DNA from: Cyanobacteria bacterium auto_48_18
GTDB taxonomy: Bacteria; Cyanobacteriota; Vampirovibrionia; Obscuribacterales; Obscuribacteraceae
Direction: 5' to 3'
Assembly: GCA_036170915.1 (NCBI GenBank)
Contig: JAVHQC010000035.1
Location: 96,001-160,000 of the forward strand
DNA: 64,000 nt
Within the stretch, counting starts at the first letter, position 1. The number at the start of each line of letters is the position of its first letter. The translations under genes and the position numbers were made by a program. Below, piece after piece: positions 9,708 to 20,397 of the stretch. Under the pieces are notes generated by a model. The model was not told the DNA's origin. It did not search any database and saw only the letters and a program-made list of their open reading frames with translations.

Positions 9708-11074
9708 TGACCATCACTGCACCAAAAGATCTGACCCCTCTGGTCACTGGCAATCTGTGGCGAGCAATCTGGATCATGAGCTGGCCTCTGCTACTGATGA
9801 CCATCGCCAATTCGTTTGTTGGATTAGTTGATGTGTATGTGGCCAGCTTTCTTGGCTCTAACACGCAAGCGGCAGTAGGTCTAGCTGAGCATGTGCTCTT
9901 TCTCTTTTTGCTATTTATCCTTTCGGTTGGTGTCGGCTCAACCGCAATTGTGGCGCGAGCATTTGGCGCCGGCGACAAGGCTTCGATGATACGCGCTACT
10001 GGTCAATCATTCGCTCTTTCTATTGTGCTTGGTCTGGGTATGACAGTCACAGCCACCCTGTTGGGTCATTACGCACTTCCATTTTTCACCAGCTCGCCAG
10101 AAGTATTGCAGGTAGGGCGAAGCTATCTGATCGCTTACAGTTTCGTACTAATTCCTTTTAGTATGACTTGCATTGCTAACGCAGTTTTTCGAGCGATCGG
10201 CGATAGCAAGACGCCACTATATATAGTGTCAGTGGTGACCGCCATCAATATTGCCGGTGACTTTCTTACCGTCATGTATGGCTGGCCGGTCAAGGGGCTC
10301 GGTGTATTAGGCATGGCTTATGCCGCCCTGGTGGGAAGCTCTGTTGGTGCGGTGCTCGCAGTAATCGCCATTCGCAAGTCGATTCTGAAGGATAGCCTGA
10401 AAAGCATATATCCTTTCGACAGAGATGAAATTATGCGTATTGTCAGAATTGGCATACCATCAGCCTTGCAAAGGCTGGCATGGTCACTTTCAGTCTTTGT
10501 CGTCTTCTTTATTTTAGCCCGTTGTCCTGACTCGGTGAGCTCACTGGCATCATGGACAATTGGTATGCGCGTCGAATCACTGATATTCATGCCGCTTATG
10601 GCTCTTAGCTTGGCAGTAGCATCTATAGTCGGTCAAAATCTTGGTGCCAATGAATACGACCGTGCTTTCAATGCTGGTTGGCGCGTCACCTGGATCGGCA
10701 TCTGGTCAATGACTGTGCTTGGTTGCGTGCTGTACTTTACCGCCGAGCCAATTGCTCGACTCATGAGTCACGACCCAGGCACCATTACCTACACCACTAA
10801 TTATTTGAGGATAAACGCGCTGGGTGAGCCCTTCCTGGCATTGGGAATGGTCTTAACCGGTGCGCTGCAAGGAGCTGGTGATACCAAGACACCAATGTAC
10901 GTCACTCTGATTTGCAATTGGGTCATTCGCTTACCAATTGCATTCTTTCTGGCACTAAGCCTCAATTTGGGCCCTGATGGCGTCTGGTGGGCAATGATAT
11001 TTTCAGTAGTTATTCAGGGCTGTTTGATTGCCTGGCGTTACCAGTCAAAAGGCTGGATGCAGGCGCGACTCTAA
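9707..11074 (+). CDS. MATE family efflux transporter
   Basis: About 12 TM helices with duplicated halves (RAIGDSKTP / QGAGDTKTP); TAATG coupling to the racemase gene. Confidence 0.9.
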   Translation: MTITAPKDLTPLVTGNLWRAIWIMSWPLLLMTIANSFVGLVDVYVASFLGSNTQAAVGLAEHVLFLFLLFILSVGVGSTAIVARAFGAGDKASMIRATGQSFALSIVLGLGMTVTATLLGHYALPFFTSSPEVLQVGRSYLIAYSFVLIPFSMTCIANAVFRAIGDSKTPLYIVSVVTAINIAGDFLTVMYGWPVKGLGVLGMAYAALVGSSVGAVLAVIAIRKSILKDSLKSIYPFDRDEIMRIVRIGIPSALQRLAWSLSVFVVFFILARCPDSVSSLASWTIGMRVESLIFMPLMALSLAVASIVGQNLGANEYDRAFNAGWRVTWIGIWSMTVLGCVLYFTAEPIARLMSHDPGTITYTTNYLRINALGEPFLALGMVLTGALQGAGDTKTPMYVTLICNWVIRLPIAFFLALSLNLGPDGVWWAMIFSVVIQGCLIAWRYQSKGWMQARL

Positions 11075-12320
11075 CTTGGGCAGGAGTAACCAGCAGTGCC
11101 AGCAATACCCATTGCACGAGCTTTATATGACCACTGTTGAAATTGTATTCAAAGATTCCAGCAAAGCTTAAAGAGATCATTGCCCCCAGCAAACCTAGTC
11201 CGATGGCGCTGTTGAAGACGCTTAGATTGTCAGTCGACGATAATTTAGATTGCCTGTAAGAAAAATAAAGGGCACTGCCAAGCAAATACAAAAATGCAAC
11301 TGCTCCTAAAACTCCTGTAGTTGACAAAATTTGCAGATAATTACTGTGAGCATGGTTCAAGTCGGTAGAACGGCCTGCCACCACCGCTTCAGATATGGGT
11401 AAACGAGGAAACTTACGCGGCCCCACACCAGTAACAGGATGCTCTTGAAAAAGTTGCCAGGCAGTGGACCAAATTTTCAGACGAGCAGTAACGCTTACAT
11501 CAGTTTGCCAATGAGCTAATGGAGCGATTCTGGCCTTCACCAGCGGAACAAAGCAATAACTGAGCACTCCCACCACCAGCAGTACCATAGCGCCGCGCAG
11601 AAGCATTTTTGGAGAAACGTACAAACAGATACTGAGAAAAGCAAACATCATGCCTACCCAGGCGCTGCGCTCGCCACAAAAAAGCAAACCGAGTAAATTG
11701 GCTAGCAGCACAGCCAGAAAGACTTTGCCGTTGTGCAGAAGAGGTAAATGCTGGTAACCTTTTTTAATCAGAAATCCCAGGGCCATAAAACTTGTCAGTT
11801 GAATAACACCAGCAAAAGACATTGGTTCACTAAGAAATCCGGTGGCTTGCAAAAACGGATAAGTAGTGAAAGGACGAAAATTAAAAATCTGCTGCGGCAC
11901 GGCAAACAGCCCGGAAAGCGCACCAGCTAAGAGCAAAACTGTCAAAGTCCAGGCAGCAGTACTATATTTACCGGAAACTTCCGATCTTCGAAACATTTGC
12001 AAGGCCACCAGATACGGTACCATCATGCCCCGCATGCTCCAGAGAGCCTTAACTCCTTCATCAATGCCGCCACTAGCCAATCCGGAAATTAAAACCGGCA
12101 CGGCAAACAGGCAAAGCGGCAGCAGTAGGGGGGCTTCCCTCAATACTTTTAGACGTTCAAGCCGGTCAGGCTGAGCCAGTGCCACAAGCAAAAGTAGAAT
12201 TAGACAAATCCATGAAGCGGAGACACTGCAACAGAAACAAATTGCTAAAGCCATAGCAAGATAGCGTTCGATGGTCGCAAGAGAAAAAGAGAAAGGAAAA
12301 GAAAAAGGAATGTTAGCCAC
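11010..12320 (-). CDS. O-antigen ligase (Wzy_C/WaaL) family membrane protein
   Basis: Multi-TM; ERSAWVG, ARLKIW, HPVTGVG, HAHSNYLQ motifs. Confidence 0.85.
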   Translation of the reverse strand: MANIPFSFPFSFSLATIERYLAMALAICFCCSVSASWICLILLLLVALAQPDRLERLKVLREAPLLLPLCLFAVPVLISGLASGGIDEGVKALWSMRGMMVPYLVALQMFRRSEVSGKYSTAAWTLTVLLLAGALSGLFAVPQQIFNFRPFTTYPFLQATGFLSEPMSFAGVIQLTSFMALGFLIKKGYQHLPLLHNGKVFLAVLLANLLGLLFCGERSAWVGMMFAFLSICLYVSPKMLLRGAMVLLVVGVLSYCFVPLVKARIAPLAHWQTDVSVTARLKIWSTAWQLFQEHPVTGVGPRKFPRLPISEAVVAGRSTDLNHAHSNYLQILSTTGVLGAVAFLYLLGSALYFSYRQSKLSSTDNLSVFNSAIGLGLLGAMISLSFAGIFEYNFNSGHIKLVQWVLLALLVTPAQVRVAPASSLLTGNARQSNSPE

Positions 12321-12331
12321 CTGACTTCAGA

Positions 12332-13348
12332 CTACTTATTCCAGTTGACCATGCCCATAATTTCGCGTACTTCAGTCAATGTCTGGCTTGCCACCTTGCG
12401 GGCTTTAAGATTGCCATGCTCAATAATCTTGCGCACATTCTCAGGATCTTTAGCCAAGATTTCACGCTTCTCGCGGAACGGTCTGAAATAGTCATTAATA
12501 TGCACAGCCAGGCGCTTCTTGCAGTCAACGCAGCCAATTTTTGCTGTCTCGCATTCATCTTTGGCTTGAGCCAAAATATCTTTGGCAAAAATATTGTAGA
12601 GAGGCCATGGCACTTCACAAAGATCCGTATGGCCAGGGTCGCTTCTGGCGATGCGAGTGCGATCGGTAATCGCTTGCTTGATTTTCTTTTCGGTATCGCT
12701 GTCAGTGTCAGCTATTTTTATATCATTGTTAAAAGACTTGCCCATTTTCTGCCCGTCAATGCCGCGCAGTAAAGGTGTCTCTGTAAATTCAGGTTTGGGC
12801 TCGGGGAAATAATCGACGCCAAATAGATGATTAAAGCGACGTGCTACATCACGAGCAAATTCAAGATGCGACTCCTGATCTTTACCCACAGGAATAAGCT
12901 CACCTTTAAAAGACAAAATGTCGGCAGTCATCAAAACCGGATAGCCGAGCAAACCATAGGTGATTTTGTCGTGGGCGGCATTCTCGTCTGAATCAAGCAT
13001 TTTGACCATGTCTTTCAAAGTCGGCTCACGCTCAACCCAGTTGTGGGGCGTAATCATTGAAAGCAGGAGGTGTAGCTCGGCAATTTCAGGAATGGCCGAC
13101 TGCACATAAATGGTTGAGACATCAGGATCAATGCCGACGCAAAGCCAATCTAGAGCAATTTCCCAGATGTGACCCTGAACTTCTTTGGTATTTTGAAACT
13201 TTGTCGTCAGCGCATGCCAATCGACAATTGAGAAATACGATTCATAGCGGCTTTGAAACTGTATCCAGTTTGAGAGCGCGCCAAAATAGTGTCCCAGGTG
13301 CAGACGTCCGGTTGGACGCATACCCGACATTATTCGCTTTGATGTCAT
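12332..13348 (-). CDS. trpS: Tryptophan--tRNA ligase
   Basis: SGMRPTGRLHLGH (HIGH-type), GYPVLM-x-ADIL, PVGKDQ, KMGKS (KMSKS-type). Confidence 0.96.
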   Translation of the reverse strand: MTSKRIMSGMRPTGRLHLGHYFGALSNWIQFQSRYESYFSIVDWHALTTKFQNTKEVQGHIWEIALDWLCVGIDPDVSTIYVQSAIPEIAELHLLLSMITPHNWVEREPTLKDMVKMLDSDENAAHDKITYGLLGYPVLMTADILSFKGELIPVGKDQESHLEFARDVARRFNHLFGVDYFPEPKPEFTETPLLRGIDGQKMGKSFNNDIKIADTDSDTEKKIKQAITDRTRIARSDPGHTDLCEVPWPLYNIFAKDILAQAKDECETAKIGCVDCKKRLAVHINDYFRPFREKREILAKDPENVRKIIEHGNLKARKVASQTLTEVREIMGMVNWNK

Positions 13349-13359
13349 CTTCGGTCTTT

Positions 13360-13470
13360 CTATTTACCAGCTTGAGATTTAGCAATGTTCTCTCTAACAA
13401 TTGCTTTCTTTCTGTTTACTTTGTTTTTGCGGCGAGTCTTCTTCTCACGGCGATTATGCTTGTCGGTCAT
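13360..13470 (-). CDS. Unannotated 36-aa highly basic small protein
   Basis: Hand translation MTDKHNRREKKTRRKNKVNRKKAIVRENIAKSQAGK*; AGGA 7 nt upstream of the ATG; stop 11 nt before the trpS ATG; below the ORF-track size cut-off. Confidence 0.6.
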   Translation of the reverse strand: MTDKHNRREKKTRRKNKVNRKKAIVRENIAKSQAGK

Positions 13471-13535
13471 CTTCCAGTCCTAACTTGACGGTAAAGAACT
13501 GAGTTTACCTAATGCGAGCGCTAATTGCAGGAAAT

Positions 13536-15242
13536 TTAGCGAGGTGCAAACCTTTCTTTTTCACGAGTGAGGCGGTCCCAGTCAGAATCGGTCATGAAGC
13601 CCATTTTAACTAAAAGTTCTACAAGCTTGACGCCCTTCTGCCTGGCGAGCTCAATTACGTCTCTCAATTCGTCGCCGTTGAGGCGCCGACGCTGCAATAG
13701 ATACTGCTCCAGCTCTACTCGACCCAGCAGAAGATCGGCCGTCAAGCTGACAACCTGATCAGGCGGGTCGATGTAACCGCGCTCTAAAGCATACTTACAG
13801 TTATGTAATACCTGAGCCGGGTCTCGACCTAAGCCGCCATCTGTGGCAACGTTGATAAATGTTTTACCTGTCTTAAAAGCAGAAACAATTTTTTTCAAAT
13901 CGTCATCTAAAGCGTCATTATTCAAGGCTACCTGGCCAAAAGGAGCCACATGAAAGCAGGTTTGAAATAGCCTTTCAATATCAATGGCAACCAGAGGCAA
14001 AGGATCGGTGCGACGGATGTCAAAGGATTTTTTCTCGGGCTCCGGCTCCACATCAGCAGGTTTAAAGGAAGTTTGAGCCTTTGGTTTTTCTAAAACCGAG
14101 GTTTGGGTACCAGGCTTTTCGTCGTCATTTTTCAGAGAAGCAGTCTGAGCTTTGGCCATCAGTTCATTAAACTCAGCGCTGCCTACGGCAGGCAGGCTAT
14201 CAGATGTAATTACTTCTGCCGGTCTTTGAACCTCTGCTTCGGCAACAGGTGTCGAAACTGGCTCAGGAATAACTACTGGATCTGGCACTTGAGCTGGCAC
14301 TTGAACTTGAGCTGGAGCTGGCGCTGGAGTTGGAGCTGGCTCAGGCTTAGAGTCAGGCGCAAAATCAGAATCTATTTTTGGTTCTGATTTAAGTTCTGAT
14401 TTAAGTTCTGATTTAATTTCCGGTTGCTTGCTCGACAGCTCCGCCACTAAATCGGCAGCAGGCTGAGATTTACCGGCATGGCCGTTTTTGTTGGCACCAC
14501 CATCAGTGCCTTTGGGCTTAATGGATTTATCAGCAGCCGATTTTTCGCGGGATTTCTCTCCAGATTTATCTGCGGATTTTTCTACAGATTTCTCAACCAC
14601 TTCCTCAGCTGCCGTCGCCGCTGCTTTATCCACCAGGGCCTGTGCCTGACTGAGATCTTCCACCTGGTCTAGAATCGAGTCGAGACTGGGGCGAATGCTG
14701 TCCACAGAGCCGGTGCTCAGTAACCTGAAAAGCGAATTCGTGGCCTGCACCACGTCAAAACTAAACTCACGCATAGCCTGGCGCATGGTACGACCATCGG
14801 TGACCCAACCCAGCACCACATAATCTTCCTTATAAAGCGGTTGCTTTTGCAGCGCCTCTTGCCATTCTTGAGTGCCAAATTTAGGAGACGGCACAATTTC
14901 GGTATTCAGACCGACATTAGACTTCTGCAAAAAAAGCATTTGATCGGCAAAAGTATTGACTTGTTTAAGCGGTATCTTGAGATTACAGCTTTCCGCACTG
15001 GTGGCGCCCTGAGCCAGGCGCTCCACAATAAAAGTACCTTCATTCCAGAAGAGGAATTCAGTCAGGGCGTCATTGCCCTCTAAGAGGCTGAAATTAGCCG
15101 CCAAAATCTCACCGTCGCAGACGATTACTTCGCCTTTCTGAGTACCATTAGTAAGCTGAACGGAATAACTTTTATTTGATTCGGTGGCCAGAAATTGCAG
15201 CAGACCTGGCAGGCTGACATCGGACAAATTGCCTTCAATCAT
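13536..15242 (-). CDS. DUF4388 (PatA-N) domain protein with winged-helix-like segments, low-complexity linker and degenerate MshEN-like C-terminus
   Basis: N-terminus IEGNLSDVSLPGLLQFL...G...A..FLFWNEGTF; C-terminus ELEQYLLQRRRLNGDEL...KLVELLVKMGFMT. Confidence 0.75.
   Translation of the reverse strand: MIEGNLSDVSLPGLLQFLATESNKSYSVQLTNGTQKGEVIVCDGEILAANFSLLEGNDALTEFLFWNEGTFIVERLAQGATSAESCNLKIPLKQVNTFADQMLFLQKSNVGLNTEIVPSPKFGTQEWQEALQKQPLYKEDYVVLGWVTDGRTMRQAMREFSFDVVQATNSLFRLLSTGSVDSIRPSLDSILDQVEDLSQAQALVDKAAATAAEEVVEKSVEKSADKSGEKSREKSAADKSIKPKGTDGGANKNGHAGKSQPAADLVAELSSKQPEIKSELKSELKSEPKIDSDFAPDSKPEPAPTPAPAPAQVQVPAQVPDPVVIPEPVSTPVAEAEVQRPAEVITSDSLPAVGSAEFNELMAKAQTASLKNDDEKPGTQTSVLEKPKAQTSFKPADVEPEPEKKSFDIRRTDPLPLVAIDIERLFQTCFHVAPFGQVALNNDALDDDLKKIVSAFKTGKTFINVATDGGLGRDPAQVLHNCKYALERGYIDPPDQVVSLTADLLLGRVELEQYLLQRRRLNGDELRDVIELARQKGVKLVELLVKMGFMTDSDWDRLTREKERFAPR
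14382..14417. repeat. 12-bp tandem repeat x3 (TTCTGATTTAAG) encoding KSEL/KSE repeats
   Basis: ttctgatttaag ttctgatttaag ttctgatttaat read directly from the sequence. Confidence 0.85.
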
Positions 15243-15541
15243 TGATCCTTACCTTGCTTCTTGCCTTGTTTCTTGCCTTGACCCATACCTTGTGAAATTG
15301 CGTCAATGCGCTCAAGTTGATCTCCCGAACTTAGTAGAGGTCGTAAGTAATTAGTCCCTTATAAAGGCTAGCGGTTCGCACCATGGTCTACCAAATTTAC
15401 AAAAGTTAATCAATATCTTGACTGCTTAGAGTTGACTGAGATTTGGGTAAATAGCAGGAAGAAGCACAGGCGATTTTCTGCCGATCCTCGATTGAGTTTT
15501 TTTACGAATTTTACTTCTCTACCAAATGGAGTTTAAGCGCG

Positions 15542-16483
15542 TTGGCCGCCAAAGTTACTGATGAACTCTCAGAAGATTACGCCGACGTCTTTGGCACTGG
15601 AGATGAGCCGGAGGCCGATGATGAGCCGGAGAAGGAGGTAGAGGCCAGCGGCTTCACTGAAGACTCTGTTCGCCTCTATCTGCGCGAAATCGGTCGCGTC
15701 AAAATGATCAAGCCAGACGAAGAAATTGAGTTGGCCAGACGTATTGCCAAAGGGGATGGCGAGGCGAAGAAAAAGCTGATTCAAGCTAACTTACGCCTGG
15801 TAATTTCTATTGCAAAAAAATATTTGAATCGCGGACTGCCCTTTCAAGATCTAATTCAAGAAGGCAATTTGGGCCTGATTCGCGCCGCCGAAAAATTTGA
15901 CCATACAAAAGGTTTCAAGTTCTCCACCTATGCCACCTGGTGGATAAGGCAGGCTATCAGCCGCGGACTGGCCGATAAATCACGAACTATCCGTGTGCCT
16001 GTACACATGGTCGAATCAATCAATAAATTGAAAAAAACCAGTGCAAAATTGGCTCAAGAGTTAGGCCGCAAGCCAAACGAGCACGAGCTATCATCGGCAC
16101 TAGAAATTCCTGTGGGTAAAGTGCAAGAAATCATGGCGGCCGACCGCGAACCTGTTTCAATGGAAATGCCGCTTAACCGCGATGATGAGACATATATCGG
16201 CGACCTGATTGAAGACAACGAAGCTACGCGGCCTGATGCCACCACAGCTGAAGAGCTGATGCGTCAAGACTTGAGCCGCATGCTCAGCCAGTTAACGCCC
16301 CGCGAACGTGACATCATGCATTTGCGCTATGGTCTTGAAGACGGCAGGCAACGCACTCTCGAAGAAGTTGGGCGGCTGTTCAACATTACCAGAGAGCGTG
16401 TACGCCAAATTGAACACAAAGCTTTTCGAAAATTGCGGCAGCCCAACTGGTCATCAAGACTGGCTGGATATCTGGACGATTAA
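15542..16483 (+). CDS. RpoD/SigA-family sigma-70 factor with only a short acidic N-terminus
   Basis: [12 protein letters not shown] (1.2), [52 protein letters not shown]. Confidence 0.9.
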   Translation: MAAKVTDELSEDYADVFGTGDEPEADDEPEKEVEASGFTEDSVRLYLREIGRVKMIKPDEEIELARRIAKGDGEAKKKLIQANLRLVISIAKKYLNRGLPFQDLIQEGNLGLIRAAEKFDHTKGFKFSTYATWWIRQAISRGLADKSRTIRVPVHMVESINKLKKTSAKLAQELGRKPNEHELSSALEIPVGKVQEIMAADREPVSMEMPLNRDDETYIGDLIEDNEATRPDATTAEELMRQDLSRMLSQLTPRERDIMHLRYGLEDGRQRTLEEVGRLFNITRERVRQIEHKAFRKLRQPNWSSRLAGYLDD

Positions 16484-16548
16484 AATTCGCTAACTGTTAA
16501 CGAATTAGACAAAAGGCCTTCTGTCAACCTCTCAGGCTTGGTAGGGTT

Positions 16549-17940
16549 ATGTCTATGACAGAAAAGCAACTACTCGCGCCGAATGTGTTGACGGAGCTGG
16601 TTGACTTGGGCCAACGCCAGAAACTGCGTTTGCTTTTAAATGACCAGCACCCTGCCGATTTGGCTGAATGTTTTGAAGAGCTGGGACCGAGCTATCGAAT
16701 CTCATGCTTTCGCTTGCTCGATTTAGACAATGCTTCGGCCCTGTTAGCAGAACTCGAACCAGACGGGCAAACAGAGTTGCTGCGCGATTTGGGCGACATC
16801 AGTATTGTTGCTTTGATCAGCAACATGTCGCCCGATGACGCCGTCGATTTGCTCAGTGAATTGCCGCAAGAAAAGGCGCGCGATCTGATTCGCCAGGTCT
16901 CTGACGTAGAAGCGCAAGAAGATCTGACCCAGCTGATGACCTTCAAAGAAGACACTGCCGGCGGCATCATGTCCACCGATTATCTGGCTCTCCATGCCGA
17001 TATGACTGTGGCCGAAGCCCTTGTCTATTTGCGTGAAAAGTACGAAGACTTAGAAGAAGAGATATACGACGTCTATGTCGTAGATGAAAAAGAAGTGCTT
17101 GTGGGCGAAGTAACTCTCAAAGAATTACTCACCGCCTCGCCGGAAGTTTTAGTCAAAGACGTAATGGACGAAGACCTGGTGATGGTCGAAGCCGAGGTCG
17201 ACCAGGAGCAGGCTGCGGAAATTTTAAGCCGCTATGACTTGCTTACTTTACCAGTGGTCGATGCCCACAAAAAATTGCTTGGTATTATCACCGCCGATGA
17301 TGTCATCGACGTATTAAAAGAAGAAGCAATTGAAGATATTTTCCAGTCATCTGGTATTACCACAGGCCCTGAAAATCAGGATGTTCTTAACTACAACGTG
17401 CGCAGTGCTTTTTCTGCCAGACTGCCGTGGTTAATCATTACCCTCTTGATTGAAAGCGGCTCAGCGTCAGTGATCACCCATTTTGATTCTGTCATTCAAC
17501 AAATGGTTCAGGCAGCTTCATTCATGCCTCTGCTTTCGGGAGTCACCGGCGGAGTAGCCACACAGAGTACTTGTATTCAAATTCAAAGTAGCGGTAAAAC
17601 ACCTCTTAGCTTAAAAGCCGCTTTGCGCAGCATTTTTCATGAACTCAAAGTGGGCATGCTGCTGGGCCTTTTCTGTGGCCTGGCCACCTATTTGATTTCT
17701 CGCTTCCTGCACCAGTCCTCTTACCAACTGGGAGTGGTGGTGGGCGTTTCTCTTTTCATCACTATGACTTTTGGCGTCATTATCGGTACATTAATGCCGA
17801 TTATCTTCCGCAGACTGGGTGTAGAACCGGCTCATGCCAGTGGTCCATTTATTACCAGCATTCTTGATGTGTGCACCATGTCGATTTACCTTACAATAGT
17901 GCACTACTTCCTCGTTGCCTCCAAGGGCATTGCATTCTAA
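16549..17940 (+). CDS. mgtE: Magnesium transporter MgtE
   Basis: HPADLA N-domain, TAGGIM, CBS pair, RLPWL, 5 TM helices, GPFITSILD. Confidence 0.92.
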   Translation: MSMTEKQLLAPNVLTELVDLGQRQKLRLLLNDQHPADLAECFEELGPSYRISCFRLLDLDNASALLAELEPDGQTELLRDLGDISIVALISNMSPDDAVDLLSELPQEKARDLIRQVSDVEAQEDLTQLMTFKEDTAGGIMSTDYLALHADMTVAEALVYLREKYEDLEEEIYDVYVVDEKEVLVGEVTLKELLTASPEVLVKDVMDEDLVMVEAEVDQEQAAEILSRYDLLTLPVVDAHKKLLGIITADDVIDVLKEEAIEDIFQSSGITTGPENQDVLNYNVRSAFSARLPWLIITLLIESGSASVITHFDSVIQQMVQAASFMPLLSGVTGGVATQSTCIQIQSSGKTPLSLKAALRSIFHELKVGMLLGLFCGLATYLISRFLHQSSYQLGVVVGVSLFITMTFGVIIGTLMPIIFRRLGVEPAHASGPFITSILDVCTMSIYLTIVHYFLVASKGIAF

Positions 17941-17972
17941 TCGGCTTTATTTTCTCCATGAGGTCAAATTCG

Positions 17973-19574
17973 ATGGAACTGGTCAAAGACAAAGATCCAA
18001 ACAAAAAGCTGGTGGATAAACGAGAGAAAGCGTCCACCGTGAACCAGTCGGTGAGCGCTAAGCGACACGAACGTGGAGTACTAATGGCGCGGGAGCGCAT
18101 CGATCAGCTTGTAGATCCGGGCACTTTTCTGGAAATTGATCGATATGCCGTGCACAAATGCCTTGATTTCGGCATGGAAAATAAAGTAGCAGCCGGCGAC
18201 GGAGTAATCACCGGCCAGGCTCATATTGACGGTCGCCCAGTTTATTTGTTCGCTCACGATGCCACGTTTGTTGGTGGTGCTCTAGGCGAAGTTTTTGCTC
18301 GCAAAGTTTGCAAGATTATGGACCTGGCTAAACAAGCAGGTTGTCCGGTGATCGGGCTGAACGAGAGCGGTGGTGCGCGCATTCAAGAAGGCGTGCGTTC
18401 ACTAGCAGGTTATGCCGATATTTTTTATCGCAACGTCAGCTGCTCGGGAGTGATACCACAAATATCAGTAATCTACGGGGCCTGCGCCGGCGGTGCCGTT
18501 TACAGCCCGGCGGTGACCGACTTTACAATCATGGTTAAAGACAAGAGCTGGATGTTTGTCACTGGCCCTGAAATTGTGCGCACCGTCACTGGTGAAGACG
18601 TTTCTCTTGAAGAACTGGGTGGTGCCATGACCCACAACTCGAGATCTGGCGTAGCGCAGCTCTTGGCTGAAGATGAAGAAGACTCATTCTGGTTGACAAA
18701 AAAACTGCTCTCTTACTTGCCCGGCAACAATCTTGACGCACCACCGCAAGAACCATTTGACCTGGCCAACGATCATCTACAACCAGCTGACATGGCTGAA
18801 CTGAACAGCATCGTGCCAGTTGAAGCGGCAAAACCGTACGACATGTACGGAGTAATCAAACGTATCTTTGATAACGGTGATTTCTTTGAAATTTCACCAC
18901 ACTTTGCCACCAACATTATTACGGGATTCGCCAGATTGGGTGGCAGATCTGTAGGCATTATCGCCAACCAACCTAAATCGCTAGCTGGTTGTCTAGACAT
19001 CAACGCTTCTGTGAAAGCCGCTCGATTTGTGCGTTTTCTTGACGCCTTCAATATTCCGATTCTGACCTTCGTTGACGTGCCCGGTTATCTGCCAGGCACA
19101 TCGCAAGAGTACGGCGGCATTATTAGACACGGTGCCAAGTTGCTCTATGCCTACTGCGAAGCTACTGTGCCTATGCTCACTGTCATTACACGCAAAGCCT
19201 ATGGTGGTGCATTTGATGTAATGGGTTCAAAAAATGTGGGTGCAGATTTCAACTTTGCCTGGCCTACAGCCGAAATCGCAGTGGTTGGTGCCGAAGCTGC
19301 CGTCAATTTGCTCTATCGCAAAGAACTGAGTGATGAAGCCAGTAAAGCTGCTGGAAAAGCTAGTGGTGCAGCTACTGAAGGTAGCCGTTTCACCGAACTG
19401 GTCAGCGAATTTAGAGAGCGTTTTGCTAATCCATATATTGCTGCTGAAGAAGGCTATATAGATGATGTGATTATGCCTGAAGAAACCAGAGCGAAATTAA
19501 TCGCCGCATTAACTGTGCAAGCCAATAAAAGAGTGGAACGCCCCCGGCGTAAACATGGCAACATTCCTCTTTAA
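17973..19574 (+). CDS. Acyl-CoA carboxylase carboxyltransferase subunit (PccB/MmdA type)
   Basis: [59 protein letters not shown]. Start moved to ATG 17973 (GAGG SD). Confidence 0.92.
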   Translation: MELVKDKDPNKKLVDKREKASTVNQSVSAKRHERGVLMARERIDQLVDPGTFLEIDRYAVHKCLDFGMENKVAAGDGVITGQAHIDGRPVYLFAHDATFVGGALGEVFARKVCKIMDLAKQAGCPVIGLNESGGARIQEGVRSLAGYADIFYRNVSCSGVIPQISVIYGACAGGAVYSPAVTDFTIMVKDKSWMFVTGPEIVRTVTGEDVSLEELGGAMTHNSRSGVAQLLAEDEEDSFWLTKKLLSYLPGNNLDAPPQEPFDLANDHLQPADMAELNSIVPVEAAKPYDMYGVIKRIFDNGDFFEISPHFATNIITGFARLGGRSVGIIANQPKSLAGCLDINASVKAARFVRFLDAFNIPILTFVDVPGYLPGTSQEYGGIIRHGAKLLYAYCEATVPMLTVITRKAYGGAFDVMGSKNVGADFNFAWPTAEIAVVGAEAAVNLLYRKELSDEASKAAGKASGAATEGSRFTELVSEFRERFANPYIAAEEGYIDDVIMPEETRAKLIAALTVQANKRVERPRRKHGNIPL

Positions 19575-19581
19575 CTGCTGA

Positions 19582-20397
19582 CTAATATTTATAGATGATT
19601 TGAGCTTTATTGGTGCTGCTGACGTCAGCTGGTCGCTTAGGCCGCCTCAGCTGAGGGTGCAGAAGAAATAGATGCCCACCCATCTCAATTGCCTCATTAT
19701 TTTCAAGACCATCTGCGTCGGCTTGATCATCTATTTTATGGTTGCCGTGCAGTTTTACTACTAAATTGATATGAGCGTTATAAGGTGCTGGCAATATGGA
19801 ATCAAATTTGGCCACCGGATCCGCCGCCCCAGTAACTTTTTCCACATGGGTTAGAACCGCCGGCGGAAAAGGCGAATCAAAAAAGACAAATACACCTCTT
19901 ACCTGATCGCCCTGCCGTGCTTGCATCTTGGCCATGCGTCCAAGAAAATCTTTGAATAAGTCAAGTTGAGCGTGAGCATTCTCATTTTCTGCGGTTTTAC
20001 TGAAAAGCGGCTCAACCACTAAAGCGCAGGCTAGTGTCTGGCCGGTGTTGGTTTTAAAGTTCAATTCGTAGACCGGCATTGCCACTTTTTGAAAAATGCC
20101 GCGCGCGAGCTGCTTTACGTCTACAACTGCAATTTTGGAAAGTGATTCCCACAGCTTTATTTGACGATTGTATAGCCCGCTTTGATGCGCCTGGGTAAAG
20201 TAATCGGTCAAAACAAACTTTGCCGCCGCCATTACCATGTCTGGCACTTTGGCGGAAGGCTCAAAGAGCAGATTGGCGCAAGCCGCTTCGAGATCTTGAG
20301 CTGTGGCGGTGCGAGGCGACTGAGTGACTGAACTAAGGTTAAAAGCCTCGGTGGTGTCATTTTTTATGACAATGGTTGAGCTATTTACAACAGACAT
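19582..20397 (-). CDS. Hypothetical protein
   Basis: 271-aa ORF with globular composition and AGGA SD-like sequence; no motif recognised. Confidence 0.6.
   Translation of the reverse strand: MSVVNSSTIVIKNDTTEAFNLSSVTQSPRTATAQDLEAACANLLFEPSAKVPDMVMAAAKFVLTDYFTQAHQSGLYNRQIKLWESLSKIAVVDVKQLARGIFQKVAMPVYELNFKTNTGQTLACALVVEPLFSKTAENENAHAQLDLFKDFLGRMAKMQARQGDQVRGVFVFFDSPFPPAVLTHVEKVTGAADPVAKFDSILPAPYNAHINLVVKLHGNHKIDDQADADGLENNEAIEMGGHLFLLHPQLRRPKRPADVSSTNKAQIIYKY

Noticed and set aside
13349..13535. T-box or Trp attenuator upstream of trpS
   Set aside because: No T-box consensus or terminator seen, and the small ORF there has no Trp codons.
19582..20397. Possible MglA-like GTPase partner next to the Roadblock operon
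   Set aside because: No P-loop GxxxxGK(S/T) or other G motifs in this ORF, and I saw no small GTPase elsewhere in the window; any partner must be encoded outside it.
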